A stretch of 63,307 nucleotides of DNA, counting the filler, from Reticulomyxa filosa (lineage: Eukaryota; Protista; Foraminifera), in NCBI GenBank assembly GCA_000512085.1. It is 29 parts of 29 records of this genome, joined end to end, with 100 filler letters (N's around TTAATTAATTAA, not from the genome) between each part and the next. Parts side by side here need not be neighbours in the genome. Positions count along the whole stretch, not along the records: positions 1 to 3,180 come from ASPP01040735.1; positions 3,281 to 5,220 come from ASPP01040217.1; positions 5,321 to 8,259 come from ASPP01002022.1; positions 8,360 to 11,138 come from ASPP01043922.1; positions 11,239 to 13,104 come from ASPP01010707.1; positions 13,205 to 14,590 come from ASPP01038681.1; 23 more parts are not named here. The stretch is one strand, 5' to 3'. The translations under genes were made by a program, and so were the position numbers. This document shows, piece after piece, positions 1 through 13,210 of this stretch; within the stretch, counting starts at the first letter, position 1; every line of letters begins with the position of its first letter. Below the pieces are notes generated by a model. It did no database searches, was not told where the DNA came from, and saw only the letters and a program-made list of their open reading frames with translations.

Positions 1-795
1 TGTGATAATCCAATCAAATTATAAAGTGCTGCTGCAATCATATGAAAAAAGTTATAACAATTTAACTTGATTGTATCTTTGTTCATTATTCCTTTTTTTT
101 TTCCGAATATGGAACGCACCCAGCAATTTATTTATATTGATGTAAATTTCAAATAAAAGCACAAAAGCGAGATTTAAATCAATAGGATTCCTCCCACATT
201 GCACTTATTGTAGAGTTAGTTGTATATATTCATCGTATCTTGTTCATGCCAATAATATCGTTTGTGTATCTATTTTCGCATTCCACGCAGCAATTTCGTT
301 ATTTTTTTTTGATCGTCATTAATATAATATATGTAAGACTTGCAAACAAAATTTCACGCTCATGTTCGCGTGGAGAGATATCCATGATACATCAAAACAA
401 AATATTTTAGGTGATCGTCTCATAGAAGGATGAAAATGCAAAATACATACCTGATCATTGTTATGCATTTGTGTGGTTTGTAAATTATTAGAAGCACTTA
501 CGTGGCTAAATTCAAAATTGCATAATGTGCCACAACGCAATAATATTACACAGATTTCATGTAATTGAAGTGGATATCCAATATATTTATGAATATTATT
601 ATGATATACTTTCTTTATTTAATGTTACCTTGAAATGAAGAGTATCTCGAATGACCGTCAATTTGTGAAAATCACATTCATATAAGAATGGACTGAATGC
701 AAATTTTTTGTTCGATGGAACAATTATTTCTGGGATATGTTTTGACAAACTCGCTCCTTCCATCCCAATTGTACCATAGAACGATAGTCTATTTC

Positions 796-1808
796 CTAAT
801 AAACTTGAAGTATTGGATAATGGAGAAGGTGTTTGTAAATATCGTGTAACAATACATCATTATTATTCATATTTGATACAATTGATGGCTCACATTTATC
901 AAATTCACATTTGAAATATATTAGTTTATCTTTTCCATGGATAAAACGTTGAATTCCTTGTTTTAAACTCATTTGATAAGGGTTCAATGGCCCTTTGTAT
1001 GTTAACATATATCCATCTTTCCAAATGATCTGGAAAGAATTGAAATCCTAGGATTGTATTAATGTAATAATTTTATTTAAAAAAGGGATAATTGAATATA
1101 CGTGTATATTTTGTTTGATTAGCCGAGAGTCAATTTGATAGATAATATCTATCAAGATGATCAAATGTGTGGAAGTACCAAATATGATTGAGAATGAAAC
1201 AAGCCCATTTGGCGTGTGTCTTATTAATTTTATTGTAATATCGAATTCCAACGATTATTTGTTTGGATTCCCGATTTGCAAAAATTCTATCTTTTTCTTT
1301 GTTTGTATCTAATAACATGACTGCTCGATATTGATAATCAAATACAATTTCATAATCTTTCCATTTTCCATCCTTTAACATGCATATCGTTTTTGGAATA
1401 TAATATTTTCTTTTGTATCCGTTATTTTTATCAATAAGATAATATTACTTTTGAATCATTTGCTATTTTGTTATACAAACAAAATAAACACATATGTTAA
1501 CAATACGTGATTTGTTGTTAATCAATATTTGATAGCATTTCCAACAACCTTAAGAGTATGATATCATTATTGGGATAATACTAATTATCATTTCGTTTTT
1601 CAAATCCAATTTTTTGTAAACGATTTTTCAAATTTGAAAAAACTTGATCAACATTTCCACATAATTTATGACATTTGGATTTTAAATTATTGTACAAATT
1701 CTTATCACTTATTTGTTGGTATTTTACATTTTGAGGATATTTTAAAAAATTCCATAAGATGTGTAATCTCATTTTTGTCATTATTTTTGATTCATTATCT
1801 TCTTTCAA
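796..1808 (-). pseudogene. Fragmented gene with a PUB-like domain
   Basis: LHILWNFLKYPQNVKYQQI...LQKIGFEK resembles the PUB consensus (L..I..NI...P...KYR.I ... L...GF). The downstream coding-like sequence is split over several short ORFs by stops and frameshifts. Confidence 0.45.
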
Positions 1809-2124
1809 TCTGTCATTTCAAATAGCGACAAGAATTCTTTCTCAACAGTAATGCATGTATATATTATTTTGCTTGTCCGCATTTTAATCCTTCCTATGCA
1901 ACTTGTGACAAATAATCAATTTCCATTCAGTTTATTTTTTGTTCCATTGCATTTGATCCAATTCCATAACATATAGCATATCAAAAATTTCTCATACAAT
2001 TTCGAAATGGATATATTATCGAATATATTTGTCTCTGGTTTATTTCGAATATCTTTTTTTTTTTCTCTTCATTATCATCATTATCATTATTATCTTCTTT
2101 TTCTTCTTGTGCTTTAATCATCTG

Positions 2125-3060
2125 TTATCTTGTGAGATAACAAAACAAACGCAAATACAATGAAATGTGACTCAACAACTTCAAACTCGGATTGTCGATC
2201 AACATTCGCATCAATATATCTGCTTGATCACAATCCTTTTAATCGTCATCATCACTGTCTCTTGTGACACTTTGAAAGTATGCACAAATATACTTTCGAT
2301 GTCTTGTGACTGAAATTCAATGATCTCAATCAGTCTCGCATTTTTCAGATCGATTTGTGACAATGGCACGATAATTTTTGCTTTCAATGCAATATCGGAG
2401 CCATCGTTTTAATCCAGGATTTTGATTTAATTCGCTTGCAATCGCATCAAATCCATTCAAAATCACCAATCCATTCTTTGAATACACAATTTTTGTATCA
2501 TTGGAATTCCACTTTGGAATGTTCAATGCATCCATTACTTTCAACCATTGATTTGTTATATTATCGCTGTCGCTGTCCTTGTCATTGTCAAACACATGTG
2601 CAATCCTTCCAAATGGAATGTGCAACAGCCACTGAAATTGCATTTCATTCTTTGCCCACAAATATGCAATTACTTGTGTTCTACTTCCTGCTTTTCCACG
2701 AATGCTAATATGACGTATTCTCACTGTTTCTTCGTTCTCTTTTCTTTTCTCTCTTTCTTTGTCCTCAACCCAAAAATCTTGAAATTCTACTGTTTTCTGT
2801 CCACTACCGTAGGTCATGAAATAGTCCAGAGTGTTTAACCATTCTTCCGAGTCTTTCTCTTCTTTTTCCTCTTCAATTGCTTCGTTGTTGTCTTCCTCGT
2901 TATTTGATGTCCACTCACTTTTTTCTGGAAAGTATCTTTGTCTCAAAAGAGTCAAGCGGATGTAACAAATGTCTATAAGTTGGTTGTGATCATCAAATAA
3001 TGAAGCTAGTTTATTCTGAGACTTGCAGTGTTCTTTTAGTTTTTTTATTGTTGGTTCCAA
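2125..3060 (-). pseudogene. Degenerate NACHT (STAND) NTPase
   Basis: Decayed Walker A ISIRGKAGSRT (GxxGxGKT expected), Walker B LVILNGFDAI (LLILDGxDE expected) and sensor-1 AIVTNR. After a break, a helical-domain motif reads LIDNPSLKLLSHISLYLRLFCYL. Confidence 0.7.
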
Positions 3061-3180
3061 TTTCTTGCTTCTACTTTTTTTGGAGATATTAATGGTTCTT
3101 TTGTAAAGTTCCTTTCACAAAATACTTTACCCCTCCGACTATGGATTTTAAGATTGTAGTGAAAATTTTATTTTTTTTTT

Positions 3181-3280
3181 NNNNNNNNNNNNNNNNNNNN
3201 NNNNNNNNNNNNNNNNNNNNNNNNTTAATTAATTAANNNNNNNNNNNNNNNNNNNNNNNNNNNNNNNNNNNNNNNNNNNN
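3181..3280. other. Artificial contig linker (first of 28 identical N44-TTAATTAATTAA-N44 spacers)
   Basis: The identical 100-nt block recurs at 5221, 8260, 11139, 13105, 14591, 16089, 17836, 19102, 20292, 24802, 27313, 28413, 29821, 35436, 36556, 40778, 41943, 43173, 47049, 50357, 52389, 53673, 56362, 57680, 59018, 60254 and 61354. TTAATTAATTAA places a stop in every frame. Confidence 0.99.
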
Positions 3281-4660
3281 AGTACCAAAGTGTGTTTCCA
3301 AGATGATACGTTGGCTGTAAACGCAGACAAAAGTTAATTCTTTTCGCGTTGATCTGTGTCATGTAGAATATCGATCATATTCCATCCATTGCAGCTCACG
3401 TCGTCATCGTCGTGTAGTGCTTGCTCTTTTTGGTGAAATCGACGAGTTGGCCGAACAGAATGTGTTTCATTGCAATGCCAATACTGCTCGAGACTTCACA
3501 ACACACTTGCGCAAAACTCGTCGCCGACTTGGGCCCCGTGCCAATCGACAGTAGGAGTGGATCATGATTCTGCTTGGCCAACGGCATCACCACACTCGTC
3601 TGTGGGGTCTGCAGAGTACACGTATTACCATTGATATTGATGGGTATTATGGTCATGCGGGCAACTGATTTCGGTCATTGTCCTTTCCATCGGCTCATGT
3701 ATACAAAAGACATGATCGTACAAACATTGGACCTGTTTGGATGTGGTCATTTTCCAAATGCAAAGGGGTAACGCGAAAAGTGCAAAAACATGATATTATT
3801 TTTATGCTGGTTTAAGATTGATCTGAAAAAATTCAACTGTTTCAAAGTATTGCCTTTTTTTTTTAATAAGTATTTAATGATATTGGAAAAAGATAATCAA
3901 TTTTTAGTGTGTTTTAAAAAAACTAAAAAATAATCAACTAAGAAATAAGTTGTGAACAAAAATCGACATGTGGCGGAAATGTTTTGAAGAACAATGCAAG
4001 GTTATCAGGATGTCGATGAAGTCGAATGGGCACCTGCCATGACATCAGTTCGTTCTGAAGAGTAAGCTCAGTGCTGGAAGATGCATGTACGCCTTTGCCA
4101 CAAACCACAGAGGTACATTCGTCGACAGTAGATCGAAGAAAAAAAAGAAGAAGGACTCGCAAACAGCAGAGTTTGGATATCAGTAATGATATCCGGACCT
4201 CACATTCGATTGTGTCGATAAATGAGCAATCGAATCAATCGATTCATATCAGTCACAGAAATGGTCCATTGAATGGAATGTCTCTCCGACGGCGACAGCG
4301 ACGACGGATACAAATAATGTATAAATATAGTCATTGTTGGAGTGAAGACTGCAGATGTGCAACGCACTTCATTTCAAGGAGCAGATGATATCGAGTGTAA
4401 GTGCCAACATCGAAATTGGCGACGACGGAATAAAAATGGAGAGCTCGGGTTGACAAGTAGCCGGACATGATGATCACACTCAATGGACTTCATTCAGTCG
4501 GATACGACGTCTCATTTTGGCCAGGAGCTGCAAGAAATTTCCAACTTTTTCCATCTGTCGACACTTTAAGTATGCGTTCAGCATTGACCCTATTAACGTG
4601 TTGTCCAATGCTTCTTATCCTCACTATCATACAGACATTTCATCAAGTCGTTCGAAATTA

Positions 4661-4691
<31 letters not shown>

Positions 4692-5320
4692 TTGCAGAAA
4701 ATACTTTTTGCCAAAACACAATTGTCACTATTTGGCGAATATATCCAATGTTGTATTGCAAAACACAATATCCATATTTTGGTTTTCCACTTTGTCTATG
4801 CAATGTATTACGATGTTGATGATGTTCAACTCATTTCCTGCTATTTGCAGCTGCTTTGTTTGCAGTCGTAGCGCTTCCTTCTCTGCTTCTCTATCTTCCT
4901 CTTGCATCAGTGAACTCATTTGTCGTCTCACTCTTTTCAGATACTATCGTTGCTCGAGGCTGCACAGTTCCAGCTGTCTTTTTGTTGATTTCTTCGTTTG
5001 TCTTCTTATCTGCTGCTTCTGTTCCAGTGTGCTTCCTTTCGTTCAGTCTCCTATTCGTACCCACAATCGTTTCCACCACATTTCCTAAGGTCTTTACACA
5101 CTTTTTTTGAGGACACTGGATCGAGAGCAATTGTTGCTTTATTTTCTTGTCCACATTCATCACGGGGACCTTTTTTTGTAATGTCAAAGTTTGTCGAATT
5201 TAAATTGTGCAGTATCTTTTNNNNNNNNNNNNNNNNNNNNNNNNNNNNNNNNNNNNNNNNNNNNTTAATTAATTAANNNNNNNNNNNNNNNNNNNNNNNN
5301 NNNNNNNNNNNNNNNNNNNN

Positions 5321-5700
5321 GTTACTGTTTTTAAATCGAATACACCAATATTATTTGGATAATATGTTAAAGACAATAAATTTTTATCTTTTCCACCAAT
5401 CATTCCATGTAATCCACATAAATCATCTTGTTCCTCTCCAATTGTTAAGTTTTTCCCATCACAAGCCAATGGAAACCATTGACTTGGAAATGTACATTTC
5501 CAATTGATAATTGTTTTTGAATTGGTATATTTGTAATCAATTCTATATTATTGATTTTAATCTTAATATTGATATTACCATTAAATCCACCTAAAATGTA
5601 AATAAATTGTTGATTTTTATCAAATATACAAATTGCAAAAAAGACTTCAAAAAAAAGACCAAGTTCAATCTTTTTGTGTTTGAACAACAAACTGAGTTTT
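5321..5700 (-). pseudogene. Kelch-like repeat family member, frameshifted and partial
   Basis: IYILGGFNG and MIGGKDKNLLSLTYYPNNIGVFDLKT lie in different frames. The same family occurs at 53773 and 55860. Confidence 0.55.
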
Positions 5701-8700
5701 TTTATAACGAACATCCTGTGAAAAAAAAGTAAATGTAAAGGAAACAGGTAAAGAGTGAGACAATGGATGATCATTGTAATCAAAGTACAATTATTATTTT
5801 GCAAAAAAAGATTTATATCCAATTTCTAGACTGCATTTTAATGCGAAACAATAACAGTAAATGTACTCAAACAAAATTATATAACTTTCATAACAAGATT
5901 GTAAATGACGGACTATGCACAGACAATAAAGCTCGTGTTTTTTTTTCTCAAAAATAATGAAGTTATCAAAGAAAAAATACAATGAACGATTAAAAAAAAA
6001 AGGGATTAATTTTTTTCCGCTCAAGATAAGAATGAAAATGAAGCTTTTCTCATTATCAGTTTTTTACAGTATCTAATAAAAACAGAACTTTTCTCTTGGA
6101 TGTTAATATGTCCACGTAAAAATTTTTTTTCATCAACTCAACCGTTTCAGACTTGATCAAAGTTTTATTGTCGTCTGGAACCAATTTAAATACTTAACAA
6201 TACTTTGAAAGGAACATAGATCAAAAAAAGGGGCTTCACATTTGTATTTAATATTGCAATATGGTTTGGTATCATATTTTTCAAGATTCAATATCTTTTC
6301 GTTAATTGAAGTCCACTTTAATGAAATTAAAAAAAGTATTTTGCATTAACTCTTTTCCAACAGTCTCCATACTATCATATTATTCACTTTTCAACACAAT
6401 CAAATTTGATCTTCATGTTCATTTGCTTATCCATGTCCGCTCATATGCTTTTCGTGAATTTCTTTGTTCACACATTTGGGTATAGTATTTCAATTCTACC
6501 ACTGCTTAATTCGTCATTCAACTCGTCGTTGTAAAGATTGCTTGTAGTGTGTTCCTCGTTAATCTTAATACACCAAAAAAGAGTTCTTATATTTAGTTGT
6601 TTAAGAATTGGAGACATTTAGGTTGAAAGATAATGTGTTGGTATTTCAATTCGCATATCCCCTTTTCATTAACTTTTTTTTTAACTTGTGAGCGCAAGAT
6701 ACCTTTTTATTTTGATTTTTTTTTTACTTAAAGGGATTTAATGAATGCAATTCTATTTCTGGCATTATTATAAAAATTGTTCACAATTTTGTAAATATAA
6801 ATTTTTGAAAACAAACAAAACAATATTCGCTGATCAAACAACAAATGTTCGCTCTTTCCACCTAGAATTGCCGCCCTCATAATCAATTTGAACGCTTGAC
6901 AGGGCTGGAGACTGATGATGGCTGACTCTATGAAAAGTTTGATTCCGGTTTAATGTCTCTGTCAATCTCGTCAAACTCTCGAATTGACAAAATTGTCAAC
7001 TGCGTCAGTGGAGAGTTCTTTATCTTCAACATCACACTCCTTACCGAAATGGTGGTTGTGTGATTAGCAGCATTTCCGTCATGTGGCACACATTCTCTCA
7101 TGGACATATAGGATTTGTGTGAGTGGTATATCCACAACATGGATGGGGAAATGGACACGACATGTGATTGGTACATCATATAGCGGGTCTATATATATAT
7201 ATATTTTTTTTTTTTTTACGATCGTATTGAAGATCATCGCACTAATGACAATTGCAACTGCGAATATGATTACTATCACTATTACTATCGCTTACTACAT
7301 AGTAGTACATTTATCCGTCCATGTTTTTAACGTATTGCACATGCCAATCGTATACGTTTGCGGATGAAACATGTACTACATGGCAAAAATGATGAAAGCC
7401 AAACATACAATATTACCATTTCGAAGAAGCGTGAAGTTGAAGATAAAGAACTCTAGACCGACTCAACTGACAATTCCACCAATTCTAGAGTTTTATTAAA
7501 ATGTCAAGATACACTTAGCCGGATTAAACTTTTCAGAGTATGTTCCTCCGGGAGTGGCATATATTGGATATTTCAATGACAACTCACTACACCCAAGAGT
7601 AGTGATCCAGCAAAATGCTAGTCTCATGTGCTGACAATTTTTGATAGCCTCGATTTGCACATTTGTATTATGTACTTTGTCAAAGATGGGGTCAATATAA
7701 TGTGGTGTGGATTTTTGTCAACGCGGTGGCAAAAAGCTTGAATGAATTAAATAATTGGTTTTCTTGCAACACAAGTGCGTTACGTGTTATGTGTTAGCAA
7801 GTGACCAAAATTCAGATCAAGCCCTTATGTACCACAGCACTGCTAAAAAAAAACACTACATTATAATAATCATCCTTTTCTATTGACAAAGTAACTAATG
7901 CAAATTTGACAATTGATGATATTCAAATAATTAATGGCATGCAAGAAACTGACAATTTGTTGTGATGACTACACACTCGCATTTACTGTATATCAATGTA
8001 CTTGCGAAGTTGGGATTGAATTAACATTGTGATATTGATGAAAGATAAAATGATGCCAAAAAAAAAAAAAAATCAAAATTTTTTTACATACTAAGCGACA
8101 CATATTAAAAATGGACGTGCTTGTCAAGAAGATAAAATATTGTTTCCAGTTTGAGTGAAGCTGTGCAGGTAATGACATAAATGATATGATATGAATAGAA
8201 GAAATTGTTGAAACGATTTCAGAAAAAAGATAAAATTATTCGTTTGCCAAACAAAAAAANNNNNNNNNNNNNNNNNNNNNNNNNNNNNNNNNNNNNNNNN
8301 NNNTTAATTAATTAANNNNNNNNNNNNNNNNNNNNNNNNNNNNNNNNNNNNNNNNNNNNCTTTTGTCAGCAGCCCAAAATTCAAAAAACACACAAAAGAA
8401 AAAAATTCCTTCAAAAAATGCTTTTCAATTGTGAAAACCTTTTATAAGCTATAAAATTTGCTTTTTTCATTAACAAAAAAAATCTTCAAATAAATTTTAC
8501 TGATCACACTCGTCTTAGTTGTACTATTGGTGAACCTCTTTTTTACTTATCCTTCTGATCCATACAATGTAATACCATGACACTCGCCAATTGCATCCAA
8601 AACACCTTGTACGTCGTGCAGATTTCCATAACAATTGTAAAGATCGCTGAATTCAATCCAAACCACAAATAAATCAAATAACTTCTTGCGAGAAGCTACT

Positions 8701-8720
8701 TAACGATATAAATCTAAAAA

Positions 8721-8823
8721 AAAAATCAATTATTCAGTTGAATAATCAATTATTCTTTAAAATAATCAATTATTCAGTTGAATAATCAATTATTCTTTAA
8801 AATAATCAATTATTCAGTTGAAT
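8721..8823. repeat. Tandem repeat of five 20-bp units alternating two variants (40-bp higher-order unit)
   Basis: AATAATCAATTATTCAGTTG alternates with AATAATCAATTATTCTTTAA. Confidence 0.92.
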
Positions 8824-8827
8824 AAAT

Positions 8828-8944
8828 CAAAAAAAAAGAAAAAAAGACAAAAAAATCAAAAGTAATAGTTTTTGTCTGGCGTCGTAGAACGACGCCAGAT
8901 AAAAACTCTTACTTTTGCATTTTTTCCCTTTTTTTCTTTTTTTT
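8828..8944. repeat. Long inverted repeat (hairpin or foldback)
   Basis: The 28-bp core arms 8858-8885 (AAAAGTAATAGTTTTTGTCTGGCGTCGT) and 8889-8916 match at 26/28 positions around an AGA loop. Pairing extends imperfectly through A-rich and T-rich flanks. Confidence 0.85.
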
Positions 8945-11238
8945 AAAATTAATTTTGTATGCTTTTACTGACCATGCAATTGTTGCTTTTTTTTTTAATG
9001 TTTGTACTAATTAACTTGGTTCATATTTTGTACTGTTTCGTAAAATACAAATTAACTGACTTTTCCACTCAACAAAATCTAAGCATACGAATTATTTATG
9101 TTTATGTTAAAATAATAACAAAAAAGAAAGAATAGTCTTGAGTCATTCAATATTTTTTACTTTCATTTCAATATTACTATCATTTATACTCTTTTTAACT
9201 CTTGTTTTTTCATAAGCACTAATATATAGCAGTCGTGTTGTACGTGTCAGAGATTACGAACTGATCTATTGCGTCCTTTCAAATGCAATGTTAGCTTTAA
9301 GTCCTTAGTCTTTTTTCATTGTCTATCAGTAGTTGAATATCACTTTGTATGAAATTGTGGTCTTCACGATCCCACATTGACGTCCAATGAGTATATGCCT
9401 TTTTGTAAAAGCATTTAAACTCCTCTCTTATTTGCTTATTCTTCTGGAGTTTGTCCCATTTGTCGTGTTTATCCAAGTTTAATTCCTTTTCAAGTTATTA
9501 AGTGCATTATCTTCTTTATTTTCTTTTTCTTGTATTTCTTGGATGGATTTGAATCACTGCTTTTTATGTACTCCACTCCTCTTTTGTTCCACTAAATAAA
9601 AAAAATGATTAAATGATGAAAAATAAGCTGATACACAAGTTGTTGTGCTTCTTCAATTTCATTTTTCTCAAATATGATTTGGCGTTGCAAACAGTATTTG
9701 CAGCCAAAATGACACCATCAACTATATTATCCTCCCGATTGCAACAAACTAAAAGATGCTTGATATCCAAAAAAATCACGCATACACGGGGGCATCCAGT
9801 CCTTCGCTGTCATGATCCAAATAATATTATATCGTACCAAACTAAAAATATGCTACTTTTTTTTGTAATATGTATGCATATTTTTTTCTTTTTACAGTCA
9901 AACGTTAAAAACAAAAAAATAAGTATCCATTCATCTCATAGTGTTCCTGCAACTTCCCTTTCTTCAATGACCTTCATTTCTTTCCTCCACTTTTTTTTTG
10001 AAGGATGTGTAGGAGATAGAACCAAAAAAAAATAACGTGTAAAAAAAAACTAACTGATTAGCAAGTAGATGCACAAAGTGTACAAAACAGACGCCCCAAG
10101 TTGTGCTGTAATACAAATACAAGCTTTCCTCTTTTGTAATGCCATCCATGATCTCTTCAATGGTACCGCTGTTCATTTGCTCGACTTTAATTGCCAACTA
10201 GACTTTTTTCTCACCGTCTTTTGACAATCGATTGGCAATTTTGATACCCAATTTCGGCTTCGCGTCGTTCATGCAGTCGCCGTCGTCGTTTGTCTTCGTC
10301 ATGAGGTGTTTCTCCTCATCCTTCAACTTGTAGCCGCTGGCGTCACCTTCTTTGCTAAGCTTTCGTACAAATAATGCGTGTGCTTTTCTTTCACTTTCGC
10401 CTTGTCATCATCTTCATCATCTTCTTTATCATTATCTCCTTCTTCTTCCTTTTTTCCTCTATCTCACAAGCGATCTCAATTCTCTCGATTATCCATACAT
10501 CTTTATTGGTTTCTGTTTGTGCCAACAGCAGCGAGACATTGCTCGCGTCCGGACTTAACATATTTTTTTGTCCTGAATGGTCTTGATCTATTTGCATTAA
10601 TTTTATTTTACTAGCTTGTTCGGCCTATAGGAAATAAAACTATGAAAGAATATTCTAGAGTTTTTCCATGCTCAGGAGCATTGAAATTTGATATTATTCG
10701 GGCAAAAACATTTTCCAACAATAACAAAAATTTCATACAATCTGCTTCCTTAAAGAGAAAAAAAAATGAAAAGGTTTGAATTACAGCCAATTTCGATCAA
10801 TCAAAGAAAACCAGTGGCAATGTGGTACAAAAAAACAAAAGTTATTTCTTGTCTTGTCAAAACGTTATAATTTTGAAATTGTTATTTATCTCAACGAACA
10901 AGTCGGATTATATACATTTTTACTGTATAATCTGTTTTTTTTTATATACGATAGGTAGTCAAGATACAAAAAAAACAAAGACAATCGCTGAATTCTCGTT
11001 TAAATATTTAATGTAGATTTTAGATTGTGTCGTCTCTATCTTTATTTTTCAATGGGGTTGCTGCTGCCTTAACGAAAACCACAAAGAGGCGCGTATGAAT
11101 ACAGGGAATGTGAAGAAATATCAGTTTGAATTTTTAGTNNNNNNNNNNNNNNNNNNNNNNNNNNNNNNNNNNNNNNNNNNNNTTAATTAATTAANNNNNN
11201 NNNNNNNNNNNNNNNNNNNNNNNNNNNNNNNNNNNNNN

Positions 11239-11397
11239 AAAAGTTATTAAAAAATCAATATCATATTTAAAAACTACAAGACTTGTAGATATTTTTTAAA
11301 AAAAAAATTAGGTCTAAATGTTGATTTTTCATTGAGAAAATCAATTATCATCATAAGATATGTTTTAGGCGTTCAGTTTTCTTTGCAACATAATGTA
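11239..11397 (+). mobile_element. Tc1/mariner-type terminal repeat copy (diverged)
   Basis: ATATTTAAAAACTACA..GTAGATATTTT..AAATGTTG.TTTTTCAT.GAGAAA is shared with copies at 40182, 40656, 43345 and 52489. It lies at a contig end. Confidence 0.65.
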
Positions 11398-12584
11398 TTA
11401 ATATCATTTCATTTTTGTCTTTTTTATTACATTTGTAAAAATTCTAGACATTGAATAAAATACATTTCAGTTTTGACATAGCACTATTAGTTCAATCTCA
11501 TCATCCATACACTACAAATTTGTCTGACGCAATCATCTACGAGAAAAAGGAACGTTTTTCGCGAGTGTCTAGGAAAAAAGTGAAATTAGTTTGTTATTGA
11601 TGTTGTTTGGATTTGTGCAATCATTGACCTCGATTTATACTTAAAATAATCATATCAGTTTCAATTTTCTTTAATTAACTAAGTAATTGTTACATTTTTA
11701 TGCTGTTTTAACTAAAATAATTTTAATTGACAAAAAATTGTAGTAAAAATGAAATGCATTTTGAAACGTTTGAAAAAAAGTAAATTTAAAGCTAACTTGA
11801 ACCTAGCTAACGGCAGTGTACATCACCATGTAATATATTAAAAGAAAATTTAAAAATATTGATTTTTCAAATAGAAAATCGATCAATTTCATAAGGTGTC
11901 ATTTAATTGTGTCAGCACTTTGTCATTATATGTGGTAATGACAATTAGTTATATCATTATTATTTTAATGTTTATTTTTCATTTTAAAAAAAAAAAGATA
12001 AACGAACAAATAAAAAATATAATTTGTAATATACATGCATATTGTGTATATGTTGTGAAAGTTTAACATTAATTTTTCATTTAATCATTATATCACTTTC
12101 GTCAAATGTATTTGTTTGTTGATATTATTACGACTTAAATTAGCGAGAGGTGAAATAATGAACTGAGCAGAAGAATGACGACAACGAAACCTTTCAGCTT
12201 GTTTTGGCTGTCATTGTAGTTTACGTACATTTTGCAGTTTTTGTTTCAACTTGTTGAAAACTCCCTTTTGTTCTTATCACTTAATTGTTTTTACTTTCAT
12301 TATCTCAGACAACAGTTTTAACTTTAAAAAATTGACTATGTTCTCGCAAAATAGTAATAAGGAGACTTATTATCTGCAAAATTTTTTCAATGTAAAATTT
12401 GATATACTAGAATTCTGATTTAGGACTTTCCTTGAAAATAACTCTTTAAAAATAATTATTTTTTAAAAAGATAGTCAGTAAGTTTGAATTACATGTATTC
12501 TTTATGTTGGAAACTAAACTTTTGAATTCTTTGAAAAAAGGACCCAAAAAATAGGTAGCCCAATTAGAAAGGATAAAATAAGAA

Positions 12585-13104
12585 ATGTCGAATAAATTTT
12601 CTTCATGTGGGCAACCACTTGCCTCAAAATCTGCAAAGCATGTGATACCAGTAGTGCATTGGATAAGAATGACAAGTCATACCTGGACATCAGGGAAGAC
12701 GACGAAGAACGAAGACGAGGGAAAGGAGCACTTAACAAATGTGGTCTTTTTAGTTCAATTCCGTGACATAATAGGCAAAGATGCATTAAAGAGTCTGCAG
12801 TGGAAGATAAGTTATGAGCAGAAGGATATAGAAGTAAAAGGATGCATTTATAGTTTTGTGGTAGACGAAGAGGACGACAGCGAATCGAAGACAAAGATGG
12901 AATGTTCGATCAAGATAGTGATTGTGCCGAAAGATGATACATTGCAAATTCGATTTCAATTGTGGAGCAATGGCGAGTGTCTGTGTACCCGTTGGGAGCA
13001 CTTTGTGCATCCAAGGCCAGCAGTTATTTCATCATTTCCCAAGGGGAGCCAATCAACCGTAAGAACAAAAGAGAGGGGAGCGACTAAATTTTTTTTTTTT
13101 TTTT
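12585..13104 (+). CDS. Hypothetical protein fragment
   Basis: Coding-like composition over ~170 codons running into the contig end. No family recognised. Confidence 0.35.
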
Positions 13105-13210
13105 NNNNNNNNNNNNNNNNNNNNNNNNNNNNNNNNNNNNNNNNNNNNTTAATTAATTAANNNNNNNNNNNNNNNNNNNNNNNNNNNNNNNNNNNNNNNN
13201 NNNNAAAAAG

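Noticed and set aside
3181-3280. Regularly recurring TTAATTAATTAA palindrome, and ORFs ending in XXX-LIN
   Set aside because: This is an assembly linker, not biology. Gene neighbourhoods across linkers were not interpreted.
3281-5220. Moderately GC-rich contig with overlapping short ORFs, possibly a retroelement relic
   Set aside because: No RT, RNase H, gag or integrase motif could be identified with confidence.
8721-8823. CRISPR-like array
   Set aside because: There are no unique spacers, the units are contiguous, the context is eukaryotic and no cas genes are present.
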